IMG/VR virus record: IMGVR_UViG_3300043788_000114
Span: 64,001-128,000 of that record
Source: a virus
Strand: one strand, 5' to 3'
DNA length: 64,000 nt
The position numbers and the translations under genes were made by a program. A model generated the notes under the pieces. The model saw nothing but the letters and a program-made list of their open reading frames with translations. It had not been told where the DNA came from and did no database searches. Below, in pieces: positions 57,156 to 64,000 of this stretch. Position 1 is the first letter of the stretch; every line of letters begins with the position of its first letter.

Positions 57156-58549
57156 GTTGGCTCGCTATCAGGCGCACGAAATTCTTTCCAGAATTCCCGT
57201 TCCATAAACGATTGAACGGCGATAGGGTTCATACGGTCCAGCGTTTCCAATATAACCGCTGCGCGTTTCAGTTGAGGCGTGTATCCCGTTCGGAGCACGG
57301 CATCGCGCCATTCCTTCCAATGTGTGTTTTGTTCCACAGGTCACCTAACTATCATCGACTCGCTATCAGGAGCGCTCTGCTATCTGCGCATCGATTGACC
57401 ATTCCGCCGCTGCATCTGCATCCTGCGGACTCGAGGCCGGGAATTGCGCACGGTCGATCTGCCGGAGTTCTATGCGCTCCACGTCACATGCAAGATTCTC
57501 GTGGGCAACCGCCGCGTGCTCGTGCTCCGCAATCGTACTTTTCTTTGTGCGTCCGATCCGTGCGGATGCGCGCTCCTGCCATGCACGGTGACGGAGTTCC
57601 GTAACGATCTCCGCGCGGAATTCCTCTAACGTAATTGCAGCATAGGCCATTTTCATAAGTCACCTCCCGGTGTGTGCTGTGAATCCGTCACGGCGCGGGT
57701 TGGTTGGTTCGCTATCAATCGGCTGGGTGCGCAGCTTCGAGTTCCGCCACGTGTATCAGGTGCCGTGCGTATGCTTCGCGCACCTTATCCTGTGCGGGTG
57801 CCGGTAGACGTTGCAGCATGTTTACCGCGCCGTAGGTATAGCAGCCGGGGATTCCTGCGACCATATCCCGGCGCTCTTTCTCGCTAATCATGATCCACCA
57901 TTGATGTATGGCGCGCTCCGCGTCTTGCATCGCTTTCATCTGCTCATAGGTGGGCTCCGGCTCCCTCTCCGGCTCCTCAAGCGACGCCTTGCACGCTGCG
58001 AGCGTGGGGAATGCTTCGCCAGCTTGTGCGACACGCATCGCCCCTTGCGGCCAGTATCGCCAATCTCCGGTATGGGAGCCTTGACGCCGAATCTTGCCGG
58101 TGTATTTTCCGTCTACACGCACAATCACATCTTCCCGTGATGCGCCCGGTATAACTTCATAAGTAATCGCCATGTGTCAGCCCCTCCCATGGGCCGGTTG
58201 ATTGTTTTGGTTCGCTATCAGTTGGGCCGGTATCAGTCAGGCACTACGACCTGTCTACATGCGCTTGGAGTTCGTCAATCCTGCGCTGGGTTTCCGCTTG
58301 TTTCTCATCGGCCAATTGTGCAATGCGGTACTGGGCAAAATCCCGCAGTGCCACAGTTGAGTTCCACACGTCAAGGTCGAGTTTGCGGCCAATCTCTGCG
58401 ATAGCATCGAAGCACGCATTTCTCGATTCCGGTTGGTTCTGGACGTCAAGCGCCAGAACATATTGCTCAGACGCCACCTCCGCCTGTGTCTTCGTTTTTC
58501 TCGCCACGTTTCCCCCTTGCCGGTGTACGCTCCGGGAACGGTTTACCAC
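57152..58549 (-). other. small hypothetical genes (57152-57337, 57366-57656, 57715-58173, 58244-58549)
   Basis: Minus-strand ORFs. Confidence 0.6.
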
Positions 58550-58748
58550 TCGCGGTTTTTCCGCTCTTGACGGTTAGGCAATACAAAGCAAGCGATGATT
58601 GCCAAACCCGCTAGACTCCCCCAGAAAATGACCCATAGGGTTGCATATAGGTCTGTAAGGTTCATAACTCCCCGTTTCCCGCGCCTTAGAATGCCTCTAG
58701 GCCGCGCTGCAAGATGCCGGGGGATGCCGTAGCATCCCCCGGTTTGAA

Positions 58749-59906
58749 TCATCGATCTACAAAAACCGTCTCCCCAAAGGGAGCCGTCTTTCCTTCAGTA
58801 GTGGACAGCCACAGCGTAGGAATCGCCGGGGGATGCGGCGGGAAGGTTGCATATAGGTCCGTAATGCAAACCACGCATACCGGCTCATACTCGCCCCGTT
58901 CCACACGTTCAAAGAACGTTGTAAAATCCGTGCCCCCTCCCCCTTTTGGTTCCCACGTCAACGGCTCCCCGCGCTCAAGTCGCCGCTCGCCGCATACTTT
59001 CGCGTCGACAAAGTAGAGAGTGACCCCAGTCGGGTTGCATTCATCCAAAACTTGCTCAAGAATGCCGCGCGCGTAGCCTAAGCTAGTTTCGTCAACGGAG
59101 CCGGACGTATCGACCATAACGGCAACCTCCCCCAGCGCTTTAGACTCCAACGCGGGAAGATACAGGCCTTGACTGAGGTACCGTGTGTTAGGACGGCTCC
59201 AAGAATAATCGCCCGTTGACCGCTCGGAGAAAAACCGTAAGAGTAGGGAGCGAACGTCAACGCGCGGGCGCAAAGACTGTTGCACCAATCGATCCAACCC
59301 AGCCGGTAACATGCCCTGTAACTTTGCCTGTTGGGATGCGCTTGCGGCCCGTTGCTTCCATTCCTGTTCCGTTGGTTCCGGGGTTCCGTCCGCATCCGTG
59401 CCCGTGGGAGCGTCCCGGACTTCCCCTAACGGGTCCGGCTTGCTCTGTCCCTCCCCGTCCCCTTGCCCGTCTCCCGGTCCGGCTCCTCCGGGGTTATCGC
59501 CGTCCGAGTCATCCCCCAGCCGCGCCGCAATCCACTCTGCGGACTTGCCCACCTCATCACCCTCCGCAACGTGCGCATCCGGGGGAAGAGTAAACCCGGC
59601 TCCCTGTAACTCAGTGTTGATAGCTTTGTCGCAAGCCACGTTCCAACGCTTCATTGACCTAGCTTCGCGCCGCCACGGGTGCCCTAGTGCGCAATGCATG
59701 ACTTCATGCGCGATTAGCGCGGTCCGTTGCTCATGCGTCAAGGATTCAATGAACGCGGGCTCATAGCCCAGTGTGCGCCCGTCCACCCATGCCGTACCGG
59801 ATCCGGGGTCCGGCTCCATCTTGAGGGACAGAGCCAGACTCCCGAAAAACGGTTGCTCGATCACAAGAGACGTGCGCGCCGCCGTCATCTTACTTTGTGC
59901 GCTCAT
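58749..59906 (-). CDS. DUF2201 metallopeptidase-vWA protein
   Basis: PFFG, TAWVDG, HEVMH, DTSGS, GGGGTDF, ITD. Confidence 0.92.
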   Translation of the reverse strand: MSAQSKMTAARTSLVIEQPFFGSLALSLKMEPDPGSGTAWVDGRTLGYEPAFIESLTHEQRTALIAHEVMHCALGHPWRREARSMKRWNVACDKAINTELQGAGFTLPPDAHVAEGDEVGKSAEWIAARLGDDSDGDNPGGAGPGDGQGDGEGQSKPDPLGEVRDAPTGTDADGTPEPTEQEWKQRAASASQQAKLQGMLPAGLDRLVQQSLRPRVDVRSLLLRFFSERSTGDYSWSRPNTRYLSQGLYLPALESKALGEVAVMVDTSGSVDETSLGYARGILEQVLDECNPTGVTLYFVDAKVCGERRLERGEPLTWEPKGGGGTDFTTFFERVERGEYEPVCVVCITDLYATFPPHPPAIPTLWLSTTEGKTAPFGETVFVDR

Positions 59907-60880
59907 CCTACCAGTACCCCCTTGCCGTAGGTTGCGACCATGGCGTCAAGGATGGATTGCGCGCGGTCCGCCGTTTGCTCCCGGACGTGTGAGAGTTCCC
60001 GCAAGGTATCGGGCGCAACGGTTGCGAGTTTCGCCGCTTGCTCCCGGAAGTCTTCTAACCGGGGGTCATCGGCCACGTTTAACCGCGTCAACACGTCGCA
60101 AACTTCGCGCGCGTTATCGATCAAGGAATCACGGAAAGTCGCATCCGTCTTGCCCGCGCCGTCACATAGCCAACATGGGACCGTCGCGCCTTTGTTGACC
60201 ATGTTCCGCGTTTCCGTTGCTTGCCCGGTCCCGTTGCAGTTGGAGCAAACGTTCTGAGTTGTGAGCCGTTCCCTGATACGGGAGAGAACTTCAAAGAGAC
60301 GGTTAACCGCGTCAAGCTGGGCGGACTCGAAAGCGGCCTTGACTCTCTCTTCACTCCGGGCCGCTATGATGCCTATCTCTTCATCCGTCAAAGTGACGCG
60401 AAAGTCAGAGGCAACGGGCACGGGCGCATAAGCAATTTCAATCGTGTACTTGCCCTCTAAATCGCTTGGGTAGTCATCCTCCCGAAACATGCCGTTTAAC
60501 CGTTGCTTCGCGGTTTCTTTGAGCGCCGGATAGTCGGCAAGGAATTCCGCCCGGAGACGGTTAAACGTGTGTTGACCGGCCCGGAGTAAGTCCGTATAGG
60601 CCTGATAGTTCTTGACGGGGAGCAGTCTCCATCCCTCATCGGACCATGGCAGGGTTTGACCGTAATGCGTGAGCCTCAAAGCGCTGATGTGCGAGTGCAG
60701 CGCTTTGTAGGTTGCGGCATCGGACGGCATCAGGTGTTTGGTGTACCGGCCCGCATCGGACGTTGCACCATGGGTGCGGTTAGTCTCTTCTGTGATCTTG
60801 CGGTCATACTTGCGAGCGCTCCAAGCGTTCATTGTTAGCTTGGCGAGTAACCCGCGCGTACTCAAGTCTTGAGAGTTCAT
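59903..60880 (-). CDS. DUF3150-like protein
   Basis: WSARKYD, TLPW..G.RLLP, DYP, LNV.DDP; position in the AAA-vWA triad. Confidence 0.7.
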   Translation of the reverse strand: MNSQDLSTRGLLAKLTMNAWSARKYDRKITEETNRTHGATSDAGRYTKHLMPSDAATYKALHSHISALRLTHYGQTLPWSDEGWRLLPVKNYQAYTDLLRAGQHTFNRLRAEFLADYPALKETAKQRLNGMFREDDYPSDLEGKYTIEIAYAPVPVASDFRVTLTDEEIGIIAARSEERVKAAFESAQLDAVNRLFEVLSRIRERLTTQNVCSNCNGTGQATETRNMVNKGATVPCWLCDGAGKTDATFRDSLIDNAREVCDVLTRLNVADDPRLEDFREQAAKLATVAPDTLRELSHVREQTADRAQSILDAMVATYGKGVLVG

Positions 60881-60937
60881 TTTCGTATTCCCCTTTCAAG
60901 AGAATGCCCGGTTACGGTCCGGGAACGGCGAAAGGAA

Positions 60938-61984
60938 TTAGTCGACGCTTCCCGATATGAGTTGACCCAACGGGCCGCAATTGAGCCGGATATAAGCGTC
61001 CGTGTGTTGAATGCGCCCGTCTTTATCGCGGCGGATGGTATCGCGGACCATTAGGACGGCAAACTCGCCTTTATCGGCTTCAGTAAACATGCGGCCCGCG
61101 TAGGTTGCAATCCGGCTGAAATTCTGGTCATTCGCCTTTGCCGCGAGTCCCACGCAAGTTGCATAAAGTTGGCTGGGATCGTTGGGGATTTTCGCGTTAG
61201 CAGGGTCCATCAGAATCGCGTCAAGGTTGACCATGGAATTTATCATGGAACGGAAAGAGGTGTATTCCGTTGCGGCCCCGGCTCCAACGGCTCCGGAAAA
61301 TGCCTCAAGTTCCAATGCCGGGGAGAGTCCCAACGTTTCAAGCCGGAACAGATTCGACCATGTACGCGGGCTAGGGGAGTTGGTTAGGTCCGCCGTGGCT
61401 TCAAAGGCTGAGAGCAACCCTTCCCGCCATCTAAGAAAGGCGAGACCATGGGCGGGAATGAAAGGCTGATTCATGGCCCAGTTGCACCAGTCGTTTATGG
61501 TGGGTTCCAATTCGACAATGGTCCCAAACCGTGACTTGACCGGCTCCAATATGCCGGATACTCCGGCCCGGTCCGTCCGCCGGTTGGTTGCGGCCACAAA
61601 GGTTACATGGTCCGGCAGAGCGTGCCCGTTGACACGGCGCGCAAGGATCAACTGCATAAAGGATGCTTGCACGGCGGGAGTGGCTTGCCCCAAGTCATCA
61701 AGCAACCAAACGGTAGGAACGGTGGAATTGATAGCGCGGGCAAGTTCCCCGAACGGTAGGAAAGTGGCCTCATTCCCGCCCGGTTTGGGCCATGGCAACC
61801 CTTTGGCGTCCGTTGGGTCCGCCACGGCGGGATGGCTGATAATCAAGTCGCAATGCGCCGCCGTTGCCGCTTGCCCGATAATGTCGGACTTCCCGACACC
61901 GGGCGCGCCGGTAATCAAGAGCGGTTGACGCGCTGCAATCATCTTGGCGAGTAATTCTGCGAGTTGTTTCGGTGTGACGCTCAT
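60938..61984 (-). CDS. MoxR-type AAA+ ATPase
   Basis: GAPGVGKS, LLDD, AATNR..D, SRF, PSPRTW. Confidence 0.92.
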   Translation of the reverse strand: MSVTPKQLAELLAKMIAARQPLLITGAPGVGKSDIIGQAATAAHCDLIISHPAVADPTDAKGLPWPKPGGNEATFLPFGELARAINSTVPTVWLLDDLGQATPAVQASFMQLILARRVNGHALPDHVTFVAATNRRTDRAGVSGILEPVKSRFGTIVELEPTINDWCNWAMNQPFIPAHGLAFLRWREGLLSAFEATADLTNSPSPRTWSNLFRLETLGLSPALELEAFSGAVGAGAATEYTSFRSMINSMVNLDAILMDPANAKIPNDPSQLYATCVGLAAKANDQNFSRIATYAGRMFTEADKGEFAVLMVRDTIRRDKDGRIQHTDAYIRLNCGPLGQLISGSVD

Positions 61985-62145
61985 TCTGGTATTCCCTCCG
62001 GGTTGGATTGATTCAACACACTAATAACGCTATAGGAGAACATAACTAACACTGTACTGTCAAGTAGTATGGAATAACTTTAGTGGGAATGTGCGCGCAA
62101 TGCGGCGCGCGCGGTCATCTATATATGAGTGGGGGACACGTGGAA

Positions 62146-63020
62146 CCATGGCGGGAAGGATGAGACACCAAGCCGGTAGACTCCGGGGGTATCCCCCGGA
62201 TGCCGGGGGAGCCCGGACGCGCGGCCCGCTCGCACCTCCCCGGCTCCGGCTCCCGGACCGGCCCGGATGCCTCAAAAAGTCGATACCCCGATTTTGTCTG
62301 TAATCGACAGTTGAGTGTCGAAAGGTACTGACCCCCGATAATCCGGACCCGTGAGCAGGAAGGGGCATTACAGCGCGATTGACGGCCTGTGCATAAACCT
62401 GTGGAAAAGTGCCGTTTTTGGCTTGGAAGTTTATTAGAATCTATGAGTCAACACATTAGCCAATAAAGACGCGGTGATTTGTAAATCCCCTTTATTCATG
62501 CGCCTTTCAGCGATGGGGTACAAAGGTAATACCCCCTCCCGGTTCTCACAGTCTAATGTTAGATAGGTACCGGATAGCAGCGCGCAAGGTGGCAAGGTTG
62601 TCACCCGCGAAGCCTAGCATCGTATTGCAGGATGGGCAGAGCATCCCCCGGAGTTTACCTGTAGCGTGGCAGTGATCCAGTACAAGGCCGCCCGTGCATT
62701 CGTCGCCATGCTTGCCACATATCGCGCATCGATTCTCTTGTGCGAGGAGAAACGCGCGCCGTTCCCTTGCGCACTTGGGAATCGCTTTCCGACACTCCCA
62801 ACACAACCCCTTGCGCCGTCCCTTATCGTTTGGGTGATACAGGTACGGCAGGAAACACCGTCGACACTTCGCTTCGATTAGGTTCCATTCAAGATACGTT
62901 TCAGCGTGCGCCATAGGCATAAAGGTTAGCACGCGTTCCCATGGGCGGGAGGATGAGACACGCTCTCACAGTAGAACGGGGGCTCCCCGGTCTCCGGGGA
63001 TTCCCGGACCGGCTCCCGCC
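62146..63020 (+). repeat. imperfect direct repeats flanking the EndoVII gene
   Basis: CCATGG(G)CGGGA(A)GGATGAGACAC at 62146 and 62939; CTCCCCGG..TCCCGGACCGGC at 62236 and 62983. Confidence 0.65.
62546..62932 (-). CDS. endonuclease VII domain protein
   Basis: QENRCAICG, LDHCHATGKLRGMLCPSCN. Confidence 0.9.
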   Translation of the reverse strand: MLTFMPMAHAETYLEWNLIEAKCRRCFLPYLYHPNDKGRRKGLCWECRKAIPKCARERRAFLLAQENRCAICGKHGDECTGGLVLDHCHATGKLRGMLCPSCNTMLGFAGDNLATLRAAIRYLSNIRL

Positions 63021-63668
63021 AAAGTCATCGGGCAAAGGGTCACCCTACGGCGGGAGGATAGAACAGGTGTCACGTAGTGTCGGGATAGGACGGGGGTACC
63101 CCGTCACCGCTCACCGTCCCCCGGCCCGCGTACCGCTTCGGTCCCTTGCGCCCAGCGTCCCCGCTACGCGCCATCCGCGCACGCCTGCAAGCCGTCTCCT
63201 GACTACCTGCCCACCCGTTGACGTTCCCGCACAGATAGACAGACAAGCAAACGGGCAAGCAAAAACCCCTTTTGCGGTCCGGGGCGAAACGTCAAGCGCT
63301 ATCAGGGAAAACGGGCGCAGAGTATCGGCGCGCGGGGCTCCGGGTTGTCATGCGCGCATTGCACGCTTGGGGATGGGTCAAACCGGCTGAAAATAGGGAC
63401 TTGGGGATGGTAAACGCTATTCCTGTAGGATTGGAGACACTTTGACGGCTGGGGGCGGGGGATTGTCCCGGATCGTTGGAACCGGGCCGGTACGAGGTGC
63501 GCGAGTTGTCCGGGCTAAGGCCATGCGCCGAACCCTTCGACGCGTTTGAGCCCTTTCAAATGTGGTGGTGTAAAAAACAGAAGCGCAGAGTTTCACAACA
63601 AAAAATAGCTAAGAAAAAAATTGCGCGGAGATACGGCGCAGAATTTAAGGCGCAGAGTTTCGCGAAGA

Positions 63669-64000
63669 TTATTCCATACTAAATAACGATAGCTGGTTGA
63701 TTTTATTAGATTTATCGCGATGTTTTTTCATGGACATAAGGGCGACGATACGGGCACGCTCTTGGGGATTACTGCCGTTTGATTTCCAAGTATTTGCGGC
63801 CATAGAGATGACCCAGACGTTTCCTGAGACGTAGCCGAGTTCGGGAACTTTACGGTCAACGCTGGCCCAGCAACGCATATCACGGCCCTTGTTGTAATCA
63901 AGCTTGATATGAGGGAAGATCGGGCAGAAAACCGGAAGCGCCCCTGTTGCCACGTTGTAAAGATCGGAAGGCTTGAAATTGCGCGGGATATGTTTCTCGC
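63669..64000 (-). CDS. HNH-type endonuclease, 5' partial
   Basis: CPIF...SVDR..PELGYVSGNVWVIS..ANTWKS. Confidence 0.75.
   Translation of the reverse strand, partial: EKHIPRNFKPSDLYNVATGALPVFCPIFPHIKLDYNKGRDMRCWASVDRKVPELGYVSGNVWVISMAANTWKSNGSNPQERARIVALMSMKKHRDKSNKINQLSLFSME

Overview
The window is 64 kb of a large tailed-phage (or phage-plasmid) genome, covering its non-structural arm; no capsid, tail or lysis genes are seen. The host is probably Acidobacteriaceae, inferred from recalled similarity of the DnaB N-terminus, a receiver protein ending ARKRGPRK and a small basic protein. Layout: (1) 0.3-4.5 kb holds a vWA gene and a complete IS1595-family transposon carrying a Panacea/RelE-like toxin-antitoxin pair. 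(2) 4.5-13 kb is a translation island with two 12-tRNA arrays flanking five Y-RNA-like genes and a Ro60/TROVE gene, plus HNH genes. (3) 13-23 kb on the minus strand holds replication and nuclease genes. (4) 23-42 kb on the plus strand holds recombination and accessory genes, bracketed by a perfect 133-bp inverted repeat and a serine recombinase. (5) 42-62 kb on the minus strand holds early-type genes (DUF262, TOPRIM, ParB, DUF4942 methyltransferase, MoxR-DUF3150-vWA). (6) A mostly non-coding, repeat-rich end follows. Main discovery: each tRNA array is preceded by a promoter, a leaderless ORF of about 27 codons, and an antiterminator/terminator pair. Each leader contains a codon read by every one of the 12 tRNAs in its own array, which suggests a codon-sampling attenuator that switches on replacement tRNAs when those host tRNAs fail. 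Also notable are three Arg tRNAs with the D-loop relocated 3' of the anticodon arm, and Y RNAs that display anticodon loops. All product calls come from motif recognition by eye; no database searches were run.
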